The notes under the pieces are model-generated. The model was not told where the DNA came from. It worked only from the letters and a program-made list of their open reading frames with translations, and did not search any database. This document shows, in pieces, positions 1 to 9,628 of a stretch of 64,000 nt of DNA. Position 1 is the first letter of the stretch; the number at the start of each line of letters is the position of its first letter. Made by a program: the position numbers and the translations under genes. The stretch is from a bacterium (GTDB lineage Bacteria; Patescibacteriota; Dojkabacteria; GCA-002793355): the NCBI GenBank assembly GCA_020853235.1, contig JADYZG010000008.1:14498-78497 (forward strand), written 5' to 3'.

Positions 1-1044
1 ACGCTCAATAACTGTTTTTGCTGCAGAAGTATTTGCATATTTTTCGATTTCTTTAACGACTTTTTCGTCTACATACTTACTCAGACGCTTTGTAATTGGA
101 TGTTCTGGAGCTAATGCAACAAACGTCGCACCAAAGTTTGTATCTGGTCGTGAAGTAAAACAAGTCACTTTATCTACTTCCTTTCCTTCTGAATCAACAA
201 CAGCATAAGTGACATTAATTCCAACTTTCTTTCCAATCCAATTTTTTTGCGCTGCCTTAACGCCATTTGGGAAATCAACCGTATCTAAATCTACGATTAA
301 CCGCTCAGCGTATGCTGTAATTCGCAACATCCACTGCTCTAATTCTCGTTCTTCAACAAGAGTACCGCATCGTTCGTGTGTGTTATCTCCCAGTACTTCT
401 TCGTTGGCTAATCCTGTCTTACATTTCGGGCACCATGCCACTGGCATTTTTGCCTTATAAGCAATTCGATAGTTGTCTTGATACTCCTTAATCGCTTTAA
501 TACCTTTCTTTTTAATTTCAGATGGAATTAGCAAGTCAGAAATAGGTCGCGCCTGTCCTTTGCCACCATCTTTACGAACGAAATTTTCGTCATACCAATG
601 TTCATACATTTGCACAAAGATCCACTGAGTCCATTTGTAGTATTCTGGTGACGCCGAATCAATTTCTCGATTCCAATCAAATCCCATTCCCAACTCTTTT
701 AATTGTCTCTTAAATGTTGCGATATTTTCGACTGAAACATCCTGCGGTGCCCGGCCAACCTTAACGGCGTGATTATACGTTGGTAATCCGAATGTATCCC
801 ACCCCATTGGGTAAAGCACGTTATACCCTCTTAACCGGTAGAATCGAGAATACGCATCAAACAACGTGTAGTTCCAACAGTGTCCCATGTGTAGACCCTC
901 ACCACTTGGATAAGGAAGTTCGACGAGAGCGTATTTTTTTGGTTTTTTCGAAAAATCTACTGCTTTCGCAAGACCCATCGAATCCCACTTCGAATTCCAT
1001 TTTTCTTGTACGGACTTGAAGTCATACTCATTCTGACTCTGCAT
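1..1044 (-). CDS. leuS: Leucyl-tRNA synthetase, N-terminal part (C-terminus runs off the window start)
   Basis: Reverse-strand translation from the ATG at 1044 reads MQSQNEYDFKSVQEKWNSKW...PYPSGEGLHMGH (class I HIGH motif), then WCPKCKTGLANEEV (zinc-knuckle editing-domain junction typical of LeuRS). Absent from the ORF track because it is open at the edge. Confidence 0.85.
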   Translation of the reverse strand, partial: MQSQNEYDFKSVQEKWNSKWDSMGLAKAVDFSKKPKKYALVELPYPSGEGLHMGHCWNYTLFDAYSRFYRLRGYNVLYPMGWDTFGLPTYNHAVKVGRAPQDVSVENIATFKRQLKELGMGFDWNREIDSASPEYYKWTQWIFVQMYEHWYDENFVRKDGGKGQARPISDLLIPSEIKKKGIKAIKEYQDNYRIAYKAKMPVAWCPKCKTGLANEEVLGDNTHERCGTLVEERELEQWMLRITAYAERLIVDLDTVDFPNGVKAAQKNWIGKKVGINVTYAVVDSEGKEVDKVTCFTSRPDTNFGATFVALAPEHPITKRLSKYVDEKVVKEIEKYANTSAAKTVIER

Positions 1045-1147
1045 AACCACTCTCGTCAACTTATATATAATGAGAATTATACCCGATTGACGAATTTGTT
1101 ACTAACTGCTACTACTTAGCTACTTAACTATTTAACTACTTATAAAT

Positions 1148-1987
1148 ATGATTCGAGCCATAATTTTAGATATTGATGGGGTTATTTTAGGTCATCTGGA
1201 AGGTAGGAATTTTCCACTACCTAGTGAAAATGTACAATTGCATTTACAAAGTTTGTCAAAGCAAATACCAATTTCTCTCTGCACGGTAAAAGCATATTTT
1301 GCCGTTGAGCCAATAATTCAAGCATGTGGCCTAGAAAACAGTTACCACATTACTGATGCAGGAGCGACTCTTATTAAAAGCAGCACCAAAGAAATCAGCA
1401 CAATAAGTATTGAACTCGACCAGGCTAAAAAGCTTATCGAAGAATTAGGAAAGAATGAAATTTATGTCGAATGGTACTCGGGCAATGAATACTATACACT
1501 CCCCCATAGGAATACCTTAATTCGTGACAGTCGAACAAGGCTCTATAATCGAGAAGCCGTAATTTCTCCTACCGTTACCTCTGACTCGATTAGCAAAATC
1601 ATTGCGTTTCCAACAAATGAAATTCAAGAAGCCACTGTCCGAAATATATCTCAAAGCTTTACAAAGTACACAAGCATGCACTGGGGAATCAACCCAGCTC
1701 GCATTCCGGTCGAATACCCATTCTTCACAGATCCTACTGCAACAAAACGTTCTGGTGCCGAACGAATTGCAGAGCTGAATGGGATACCACTTTCCGAAAC
1801 TCTTGCCGTTGGTGATAGTACAAATGACTGGACCTTTATGGAGCTCTGCGGGTATAAAGCAACGCTTGGCAATGGGAGTTCAGAACTTAAATCCCTTGTC
1901 ACAGTGGAAAAAAGCAATTCATTCCTCACAAGAAGTAACGTCGATCAAGATGGAATTCTCGAAATTTTAAAACACTTTAACCTCTAA
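1148..1987 (+). CDS. HAD-superfamily hydrolase, Cof-like (subfamily IIB)
   Basis: N-terminal DxD motif ILDIDGVILG, C-terminal GDSTNDWTFM motif IV, and a large cap insert between them. Confidence 0.7.
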   Translation: MIRAIILDIDGVILGHLEGRNFPLPSENVQLHLQSLSKQIPISLCTVKAYFAVEPIIQACGLENSYHITDAGATLIKSSTKEISTISIELDQAKKLIEELGKNEIYVEWYSGNEYYTLPHRNTLIRDSRTRLYNREAVISPTVTSDSISKIIAFPTNEIQEATVRNISQSFTKYTSMHWGINPARIPVEYPFFTDPTATKRSGAERIAELNGIPLSETLAVGDSTNDWTFMELCGYKATLGNGSSELKSLVTVEKSNSFLTRSNVDQDGILEILKHFNL

Positions 1988-2485
1988 TTACCTTCCTAAG
2001 CAGGATTTCATTAAGAAATCAAAGACCTTTTGCCTCTCTGCAATAACGACTCTATTCTTTTTATAAAACCCTTGAATCACTAACTTATCCTCAATTTCTT
2101 TTGCTAAAGCGTACACCGTTTGAGCGTGCTCATCCATAGGAGTTGATATCATAATTGCTTCTAAATCAACATGAATTCCAAGACGAGAAAGTAGTTTTGC
2201 CATACCTATGCTACTATCGAAAATTGGAAAACCTCCATAAAATCCAAGAATTTTACAGGGTTCACTTAATTCTGTTAAATATTCTTCTGGCAGATCAAAG
2301 ACTTTTCCGCTCGTGATAAATGCTACTGCTTCTTTGATGACTCCTTGCCGTTCTGCATATTTCAAGTTGTCTGTTGAGTAACGATTGTAATACGCCGCTA
2401 GTTGAGATTTTTTCCAGTAAAACGTAATATCGTTCTGAGAATTCACCACGTAATCCCGAATCGAATAGTAATGTTTTAGCACCAA
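1988..2485 (-). CDS. Hypothetical protein (165 aa)
   Basis: Clean ORF packed between neighbours; no motif recognised. Confidence 0.45.
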   Translation of the reverse strand: MVLKHYYSIRDYVVNSQNDITFYWKKSQLAAYYNRYSTDNLKYAERQGVIKEAVAFITSGKVFDLPEEYLTELSEPCKILGFYGGFPIFDSSIGMAKLLSRLGIHVDLEAIMISTPMDEHAQTVYALAKEIEDKLVIQGFYKKNRVVIAERQKVFDFLMKSCLGR

Positions 2486-2503
2486 AATGAATCTGAAATT
2501 CCA

Positions 2504-4270
2504 TTACTTCTTTCGTTTCAGGAGTTTAGACTCGAATCGTTTTTTCTCGTCTGCTTTATCCTTCAACTTCTTCCCTGTTGCAACAACTTTCTTTTCCAGT
2601 TGAGTGCCAATTCCATTTAACTTTTCAAGAATTTTACTGCCACTTGGAGCATACAGTAAATATCCTCCCAGAAGAATAAATATTCCACTTACTGCAAATA
2701 CCAGAATTGGTTGATCGAAGATCCCCGTTACTGGATTGCAGGTTTGTGAAACCTCAAACTGATACGTAATATTGTCAATTGCATCCGTTCCCTCGGGAGT
2801 GACAACCACTCTATTTGTGTTAACTCCAGTAACTGCAGTTGTTGACGCAACTGTCGTGAGTACAATGGTTAGTGTTTGCCCCTGAGCAAGTGACCATGAC
2901 GGCTGACCCGATGGAGGAGAAAAGGTTACTTTTTGTGAAGAGCCTGAATTAACCGTTGTAACATACGAATCTGACACAACGTTACCATTAATTCGAGTTG
3001 AATTCGCTTTGTAGGAAAATCCTTGTGGCAATGCATCTTCCACTTTCTCAATCACAGAAGGTGCCGTTCCATTATTAGAAACTGTAATCGTGAATGTTGC
3101 CTCGTTATTTGGTTCTACTCTTTCTACACACACCGGGCCGACTTTTCTTGCACTTATAATTGTTGATGGCGTTGGTGTTGGCGTCGTTGTTGTTGTTGGT
3201 GCAGTACAAGTATACTTAAATTTAGCGACATTTCCCTTAAAGTTCAAAACGTTTGCACCTTCGGAAGGCATGGCGCTTTGGTACGAAGCATCTGCCAGAG
3301 TCTCATAAGCATAACCCATTTTTACCCACGATGCATCACTCCCAACCTGACCTGCTTTATTACTGAGATTGTAGTAGTAGGTTTTGTGATCGCTCAACAC
3401 ATTGTAACGTACGTATTTATTTGCTGGGCAGTTAAATAATCGCGACGTAGAGTTAAAGGTACAAAGGGAGTCTTGGTAGCTTAAACTTCCATTCTGACAG
3501 TTTCCTGTTGTACAAATATCATTATTACATCTCCAATTGTAGATTGGGAAAATTGAAGACGTATCAACAGTCGCTAATGACGACTTGTTTATTGTGTAGG
3601 TGACACCATTACGTGTAATTGTGTTTCCCGCAAGATCTCCAGCATCTTGATTGAGAATAACATCGACCTCGTTGTCGTCGTAAATTAAGTTGGACAAGCT
3701 CAATGCACCGGGCCAGGTCACCAAAGGGCTACTCACGGTCGAATCCTTTATTGCTTGCGAATAAAATAGTGCGCCTGGGACTGCATTATCTTCACAAGCG
3801 TAGAAGTCCGCCGGATTACACTGCCCTGATGTCTGACCATCAAGACAACGTGCGGCTGGGTTATTTGCCGTTTTCCAGTTACAGGCACCACCTGTAGCAG
3901 CAGAACATACTGCGCCAAGTTCTGTCCCAAATTGACCAACGTCACGCCTCACCTGTTTGAATGTGAAACGTGCTGCAAGTGGTAGTTTTTCACCCGTAGT
4001 TTGACCAGTTGAATCAACGACCTCGCAATAAGCCAAAGCACCCAACTGACGGACGTTGTACGTAGGATCACTTGCTTGTGAAACTGCTGCTGCTGCAGGA
4101 TTTCCTGCTGTATCTGCGCTCGGTCTAGTTGGACGAACACTTTGCAACTGTTGTAATCGAACAGCAACACCAATTAAGATAGCAGAGATAACAAACATGA
4201 CATATACCGCAATCAAAACCCTAACCTTCACTGCCTTTGTCTTTTGTTCCACTTCAAACTTGTACGCCAT
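2504..4270 (-). CDS. Cys-rich surface protein with N- and C-terminal TM anchors, a TTTTTPTPTPS linker and a DUF11/CARDB-like beta-sandwich
   Basis: N-terminal TM VRVLIAVYVMFVISAILIGVAV and many Cys in the ectodomain. PT linker, then FTITVSNNGTAPS...DALPQGFSY (DUF11-like). C-terminal TM ILVFAVSGIFILLGGYLLY plus a Lys-rich tail. Confidence 0.6.
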   Translation of the reverse strand: MAYKFEVEQKTKAVKVRVLIAVYVMFVISAILIGVAVRLQQLQSVRPTRPSADTAGNPAAAAVSQASDPTYNVRQLGALAYCEVVDSTGQTTGEKLPLAARFTFKQVRRDVGQFGTELGAVCSAATGGACNWKTANNPAARCLDGQTSGQCNPADFYACEDNAVPGALFYSQAIKDSTVSSPLVTWPGALSLSNLIYDDNEVDVILNQDAGDLAGNTITRNGVTYTINKSSLATVDTSSIFPIYNWRCNNDICTTGNCQNGSLSYQDSLCTFNSTSRLFNCPANKYVRYNVLSDHKTYYYNLSNKAGQVGSDASWVKMGYAYETLADASYQSAMPSEGANVLNFKGNVAKFKYTCTAPTTTTTPTPTPSTIISARKVGPVCVERVEPNNEATFTITVSNNGTAPSVIEKVEDALPQGFSYKANSTRINGNVVSDSYVTTVNSGSSQKVTFSPPSGQPSWSLAQGQTLTIVLTTVASTTAVTGVNTNRVVVTPEGTDAIDNITYQFEVSQTCNPVTGIFDQPILVFAVSGIFILLGGYLLYAPSGSKILEKLNGIGTQLEKKVVATGKKLKDKADEKKRFESKLLKRKK

Positions 4271-4281
4271 TATCTTCTCGT

Positions 4282-4818
4282 TTATAGTTTAATCGTATAC
4301 GGTTCTGTAACACCATTTTGGAAATCGGTGGTCAAACCATAGGGCAGCCAATAACTCTTGTAACTAACAATAATATAGTAGTATGTGCTGGTTGTCGTAC
4401 TTAAGATTTCTTTTGGAATCTCTAGTTCATGGGTAACATTCTTCGCATCTTCGGAAGTTGCGGTAAACCACCTTCCTTCGATAGCAACACCATTGTTGTA
4501 ATCTTTCATCGCTTGCACAATTTTATCCGTCTTAGTTGGTGTCACATATACCATCGCCCCTACAGAATCAGCAGTTGTGAACGTCAGTACAGCATTTTCA
4601 CCAGCTGCTTTAACAGAAATATTTTGTGGGGTTAGACGTTTCATGTCGCCTATCGTTGGAATTGCTGAGTTTGTGCTTGGCGTTGGTGTTACCGTACTCG
4701 TTGAAGTCGATGAGGGTTCGGGAAACAGAGTCGTACTTGCATAATAACTACCGATACCGAAAACAACGAGCATAACAGTCGCTAATACTCCCAGTAAGAT
4801 TTGCTTGGTTAAGGACAT
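4282..4818 (-). CDS. Membrane-anchored small extracellular protein with S/T/P linker
   Basis: N-terminal TM ILLGVLATVMLVVFGIGSYY, TSTSTVTPTPS linker, beta-rich C-terminal domain. Lies 11 nt downstream of the 588-aa gene's neighbour in the same orientation. Confidence 0.55.
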   Translation of the reverse strand: MSLTKQILLGVLATVMLVVFGIGSYYASTTLFPEPSSTSTSTVTPTPSTNSAIPTIGDMKRLTPQNISVKAAGENAVLTFTTADSVGAMVYVTPTKTDKIVQAMKDYNNGVAIEGRWFTATSEDAKNVTHELEIPKEILSTTTSTYYYIIVSYKSYWLPYGLTTDFQNGVTEPYTIKL

Positions 4819-4846
4819 TCATTTATAATAGCGATTACTAACCACC

Positions 4847-6916
4847 ATGTCAACGAATAACACACCATCAAAACTCTCCTCGATGATACTCTTTATTTCT
4901 GGTGCATATCTATTTTTTATTACAGTGGTATTAGCACCATACATCAATATTACCGTGCTTTCTGATTCCTACACAACGTCGAAACTCCTACTCGTCGGAT
5001 CAGCAGCAATCATCGCCGCCTTACAATTAACTTTTCTTGTTCCACGTATATCGACACGATTTATTACGAATATCCCAAAGCGAGTTAAACAGGCATGCAT
5101 ATTTGTCGTATTAGGGAGTGCTTTCTCACTTATTTTTTCTGCTTCGTTTAAAACTTCCCTCTTTGGAATGTTCACTGCTTGGGAGAGCAACCTTATGATT
5201 TTTATTTGTTACGCATTACTCTTTATCTCTTGGCTGGCTTATTTCTTGGTGCTTAAAGAATATTCTCTCCATAAAATTGTGTTTCACACATTAATGACCC
5301 TGGCGCTTCTCGTTGCAGCATTTTATGCAATTGGTGAGTACTATATTTGGAAACCCTCGACTGGATATGTCTCGCAATCAATCGTTCGAATTTCTCTCGG
5401 ATTCAGAAACCCGCTCTTTGCAGCATACTTTTTGGGAATACTCTGGAGTTATGCCGCCGCAAAAACGCTTGATGGATTAACTCGAGAATTGAAAACAGCA
5501 TTTCAGAAATTTGCCTCTATTGGCTCATACCTGACGTTTGTCTTAATTTCTTGGGCACTTATTTTAACTTTCACTCGAAGCGCATGGATTGCAGCAGGAA
5601 TTACTTTTATCGTACTGCTAGTTATTAAAGCTGTTCAGAACAAAACGGTTTTAGGCAAATTACCCATCGTTACAACAATTCTTTTACTCACACTTTTTAT
5701 GCTTGGTTACTCGTACAGAAAAGAGATTGGATTACGAAATACCGATTTAACAATTGAATCACAAGCAACGCTCGCAACAATTGCACAATCAATCGGCAAA
5801 TCAGAGACTCCAGAAGCGGCATTAGATTTCTATCAAAACAGTGCATCCTACTCTAGCTCAGATATACGACTACTTGAATGGAAGTGGGGAATTATGACTT
5901 GGACTGGATCAATAAAAAACTTTTTGATAGGAGTTGGACCTGATGCAGGATTCTTCGAAATGCCAAAATACCGGGACCCTATCTTTAATAATTTTCCTAC
6001 AGACTCCGCAACTAAGCCATTCTATGTAAGAAGTCTCTATATTACCTTCTTGATGCAATTCGGAATCTTCGTGGCGATTGGAACATCCCTATTGGTTGGG
6101 TTTATTTTTAGAAAACTTTCGATCCGTAGTGATTTCTCTGGTATCGCGATTGTTATTGGATTTCTCACACAAGGAATTTTCTACTACCCTACGCATATCC
6201 CTACGGTACTCTTACTATTCGGACTTGCCTACCTACTTGCCAAATATTTCCCTCCAGAAAAAATTTCTATTAGGCTGACCACCCTTCCAGAAAAAATGAT
6301 ACTTTCCTTTATTGCCGTTGGGATTGTTGTTTGGTTAATTCCTATTGCAAAAGCACAGTACAAAATCTCTATTTACACACAAATGGTACTTCCAGTACCT
6401 CAATCTGAAATGGAGAAAGACTCACAACTGCTACTTAACAATAATATCTTGAAGCGATATCTTGTCTATCATTATTCGGATTCAAAACTTGCAAAGCAAT
6501 ATCTTCCAATACTCGCCACAAGTAAAGATGTTGATGATTTGAGAATCGCTTCTGATGCTTACTACTTGCTCGCAAGAAATAATAACAGCCGACCAAACAC
6601 CGAACTCTCTATTGAGGTAACCAAAAGACTTTTAGCAATTGACAGTACCCTTCCTGCAACTTGGGACGGACTTGGCCTTCGATATTTGTATATCAGAAAC
6701 TTTACCGAGGCTCGAACCGCTTTTTTGAAAGCATTAGAACTAAAAGAAGATTATTGGTATGCCTATTTACACATGGGAGAATTAAGCCGACAGGAGTGTC
6801 ACCCAAAAGAAGCTCTTGAATGGTATAAAAAGGCAAAGCAATATGTTCCCTCAACTGATGTGGAGATAACTGAGGCGACAGGTGAAATTACCAATCCACG
6901 AGCAGAATGCAAATAA
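4847..6916 (+). CDS. O-antigen ligase (Wzy_C)-like polytopic membrane protein fused to C-terminal TPR repeats
   Basis: At least 10 predicted TM segments, a LTFTRSAWIAAGITFIVLL block typical of O-antigen ligase/polymerase, and a TPR-like C-terminus (ARTAFLKALELKEDYWYAYLHMGEL...ALEWYKKA). Confidence 0.7.
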   Translation: MSTNNTPSKLSSMILFISGAYLFFITVVLAPYINITVLSDSYTTSKLLLVGSAAIIAALQLTFLVPRISTRFITNIPKRVKQACIFVVLGSAFSLIFSASFKTSLFGMFTAWESNLMIFICYALLFISWLAYFLVLKEYSLHKIVFHTLMTLALLVAAFYAIGEYYIWKPSTGYVSQSIVRISLGFRNPLFAAYFLGILWSYAAAKTLDGLTRELKTAFQKFASIGSYLTFVLISWALILTFTRSAWIAAGITFIVLLVIKAVQNKTVLGKLPIVTTILLLTLFMLGYSYRKEIGLRNTDLTIESQATLATIAQSIGKSETPEAALDFYQNSASYSSSDIRLLEWKWGIMTWTGSIKNFLIGVGPDAGFFEMPKYRDPIFNNFPTDSATKPFYVRSLYITFLMQFGIFVAIGTSLLVGFIFRKLSIRSDFSGIAIVIGFLTQGIFYYPTHIPTVLLLFGLAYLLAKYFPPEKISIRLTTLPEKMILSFIAVGIVVWLIPIAKAQYKISIYTQMVLPVPQSEMEKDSQLLLNNNILKRYLVYHYSDSKLAKQYLPILATSKDVDDLRIASDAYYLLARNNNSRPNTELSIEVTKRLLAIDSTLPATWDGLGLRYLYIRNFTEARTAFLKALELKEDYWYAYLHMGELSRQECHPKEALEWYKKAKQYVPSTDVEITEATGEITNPRAECK

Positions 6917-7054
6917 CTGGAATTGGGAATTTAGAAACTCTCTGCCACGACCTAATTATTTTACAATTTCAATAGCAGCTGCTTATCACCAGGAATGCTC
7001 ATTTATTTCTTGACTGTTTATTAACTTTTATTATTTCATAAGCTATTACTGTAA

Positions 7055-7063
7055 TGCTATAAT
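7055..7063 (+). promoter_or_regulatory. Extended -10 element (TGCTATAAT) upstream of tRNA-Gly
   Basis: tgctataat ends 12 nt before the first tRNA nucleotide. No good -35, which is consistent with an extended -10 promoter. Confidence 0.4.
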
Positions 7064-7075
7064 TCCCACTATATC

Positions 7076-7147
7076 GCGGACGTAGTTCAGTGGTAGAATA
7101 TCTGCTTCCCAAGCAGAGGGTCGCGAGTTCGAGTCTCGTCGTCCGCT
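7076..7147 (+). tRNA. tRNA-Gly (anticodon CCC)
   Basis: Manual cloverleaf: acceptor gcggacg/cgtccgc, anticodon stem tctgc/gcaga with loop ttCCCaa, T-arm gcgag-ttcgagt-ctcgt. No encoded CCA. Confidence 0.9.
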
Positions 7148-7213
7148 TATTACAGTTTACATAACACCCATCGGCACCACTTATAAGATAAGGTCATACC
7201 TACAAACTTCGCA

Positions 7214-9037
7214 ATGAAAAAATTTAAACCAAAAGCAACAAACTGGTGGCAAAAGCTCAAAAGATTTATCACTATAAACGTTTTTGTCCAGCAGTTCAGA
7301 TACCGAACTCTACGTTGGTGGTATTGGGTTGAACTATCTATTAATTTACTTGATCGACTTACTCCGACAGTCAATACCTTTATATTTGGATTAATTATTA
7401 ACGACGTACAACGCTATGTCACAGGAGCTATCACTTCACTTACCAATCTATTTTGGTACATAACGATAAGTACAATTTTTTCTCTGTTTTCCCGAATTTC
7501 CGTAAGTCTTGCCAATAGATTTAATTGGTTTTATTCCGTATATGACATTGACATTGAAACAGATAGGCTATTCATGAATAAACTCACGTACCTTAACTGG
7601 GAACACATTGAAAACCCCAAGATGGAAAAAAGGATAAACAGGATTCTCAACCGAGCGACTGATTACATCCGAAGATTGGCAGACCTACACATTGATATTC
7701 TTGCGACTTCAATTACACTCATCTCTACCTTGTTTCTTATCACGGCTCCATGGTGGGTGTATCTATTAACGATTGTCAAGCAAATACCAAGTATTTTCTT
7801 TGCAGCAAATAACGCACGCATCAAAAATATGATGAATGATAACCTGCAAAATGACTATATAAAACAAAATGCTGTTTTTCAATATTTTCGTAATTTCACA
7901 ACACTACTAGAGATTAAAACAGCACGTGGGCACGAGTTTTTGAAAAGCATCTACAATAGCATTGCAGCTAGTATTAGAAGTAAACACCTGAACCGAGAGA
8001 AAAAGGTTGTGTGGCCGTATGTTTTTATAGCAATATATGAAAATTTAATTTCAGCAGGAATCTCACTCTACTATTTACTACAGGTGCTCTTCAATGGAAT
8101 GCTTTTTGGTACATTCCAATATACGACTTCCCTGATTAATCAAGTTAGTGCAAATATATACGGAATTATCACAAAAATGAACAGTTCGATCGAATACTAC
8201 TATTATGTGGTCCAGGCATACGATTTTTTGCAACTAGAAAACAAACGCTCGGATGGCATCGAAGAATTAAAAACTGATCATATTGATATTGAATTCAGAA
8301 ACGTTTGGTTCAAGTATCCAGGTTCGAAACGCTATTCCTTACGTGGCGTTACCTTTAGAATTGAAGATAACGAACGATTGGCGATCGTCGGCGAAAATGG
8401 TGCAGGAAAAAGTACTTTCCTTAAACTCTTAAACCGATTGTATGTACCAACCAAAGGTGAAATTCTTGTCAACGGAATTCCAATTCAAGATTACAGCGCG
8501 ACATCATACAATAGCAAAATATCAGTTGTAACTCAGGACTTTGCAAGATACGGAACACTTACTGCCGCGCAGAATATAGCGATTTACGACAAGGACCTTA
8601 TCGTCGATATACAACGAGTAAAAGTGGCAGCGAAGCTAGCGGACATTGATAGTATTATCGAGAAACTACCCGAAGGATATGACACCTACCTGACCAAGCG
8701 TCTTGAGGACGGTACTGACCTCTCAACCGGGCAGTGGCAAAGAATCGCAGTAGCTCGACAATTCTATGCTAACAGACCACTTGTTGTTCTCGACGAACCG
8801 ACATCGGCAATAGATCCAATTGCCGAAGCTAAGATTTTCGCGAACCTGTATGAGCACGTCAAAGACAAGACTGTCATTGTGGTTTCGCACCGTTATAATA
8901 CTGTGCGTGCTGCGCAAAAGATCTTAGTCTTTAACAACGGACAAATCATTGAACAAGGAACTCACGATGAACTTCTTGCACTCAAGGGTTACTACGCAAC
9001 TGCATTCGATGTTCAACAAGCCGAGAAAAAGCTCTAG
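7214..9037 (+). CDS. ABC exporter, fused permease/ATPase half-transporter (MsbA/type I exporter-like)
   Basis: N-terminal 6-TM domain, Walker A GENGAGKST, signature LSTGQWQR, Walker B LVVLDEPTSAID, H-loop VSHR. Confidence 0.85.
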   Translation: MKKFKPKATNWWQKLKRFITINVFVQQFRYRTLRWWYWVELSINLLDRLTPTVNTFIFGLIINDVQRYVTGAITSLTNLFWYITISTIFSLFSRISVSLANRFNWFYSVYDIDIETDRLFMNKLTYLNWEHIENPKMEKRINRILNRATDYIRRLADLHIDILATSITLISTLFLITAPWWVYLLTIVKQIPSIFFAANNARIKNMMNDNLQNDYIKQNAVFQYFRNFTTLLEIKTARGHEFLKSIYNSIAASIRSKHLNREKKVVWPYVFIAIYENLISAGISLYYLLQVLFNGMLFGTFQYTTSLINQVSANIYGIITKMNSSIEYYYYVVQAYDFLQLENKRSDGIEELKTDHIDIEFRNVWFKYPGSKRYSLRGVTFRIEDNERLAIVGENGAGKSTFLKLLNRLYVPTKGEILVNGIPIQDYSATSYNSKISVVTQDFARYGTLTAAQNIAIYDKDLIVDIQRVKVAAKLADIDSIIEKLPEGYDTYLTKRLEDGTDLSTGQWQRIAVARQFYANRPLVVLDEPTSAIDPIAEAKIFANLYEHVKDKTVIVVSHRYNTVRAAQKILVFNNGQIIEQGTHDELLALKGYYATAFDVQQAEKKL

Positions 9038-9627
9038 GCAATTACCTCTTTAAAATGTTGTCCACTAAATGAATAGTATTCTGCGCTTTCAGCAGCCTTC
9101 TTTTTAATTCCTAATTTCAGTCGCAACGTTCTCACTCGATGCTCAACCTCCTCTTCTTCACCTACTAGTGCGGGAAGTGAGCACGCCAATCTTCCTCGTG
9201 ATTCGACAATAATTCCTCCTGAAACTCCATCGAGTTGAGCCAATATCGAAGCGTATTCTCCATGTAATTTTTTTCTTTCACTTGGAATGTAAAGATGGAC
9301 AATTAATTCGTTAAGCTCATACGCTTTCAATCTCGGCGTTGCTGGGTCAAAAAATGCTGCGTTCACCGAAATCTGCGTTATGAGCTTTCCTAGTGCTTCT
9401 ATTTTTTCAAAGACTCCATTCTCTCCGCGTACGTATGCTTTTCTGTACTCATTTTTGGTCATTTCTAGAACAATAAAAGCGCCGGATAACTGATTAACTT
9501 CTTCTGTAATTTTTTCTGGAATTTTTAGTTTCTCGTAAGCAAGGAAGTTTTTTGTTTCCAAAAAATACTCGATTGACCTACGTGCAAGATCTAAAAGAAA
9601 TCGAGCAGATTTTTTTGAGATTTTCAT
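9034..9627 (-). CDS. AMMECR1-like domain protein (divergent)
   Basis: Order of blocks matches AMMECR1: GAFIVLE, VRGENG (at the position of LRGCIG), NAAFFDPATPRL (AA..DPRFpP), GGIIVESRGRLACSLPALV (hGlii..g..g.fLPqV). Confidence 0.5.
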   Translation of the reverse strand: MKISKKSARFLLDLARRSIEYFLETKNFLAYEKLKIPEKITEEVNQLSGAFIVLEMTKNEYRKAYVRGENGVFEKIEALGKLITQISVNAAFFDPATPRLKAYELNELIVHLYIPSERKKLHGEYASILAQLDGVSGGIIVESRGRLACSLPALVGEEEEVEHRVRTLRLKLGIKKKAAESAEYYSFSGQHFKEVIA

Positions 9628-9628
9628 A

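Noticed and set aside
1045-1147. CTACTTA heptamer three times (1112, 1120, 1136) upstream of the HAD gene and leuS, and similar tag/tta-rich words (aagtagttagacagttaag) upstream of trpS at 27576-27741. I considered T-box leaders or a shared operator for the aaRS genes.
   Set aside because: No T-box consensus (AANNNGGGTGGNACCGCG-like), specifier-loop or terminator/antiterminator structure is visible. The similarity is short (17/19) and AT-rich, so it is compatible with chance or promoter-like low complexity.
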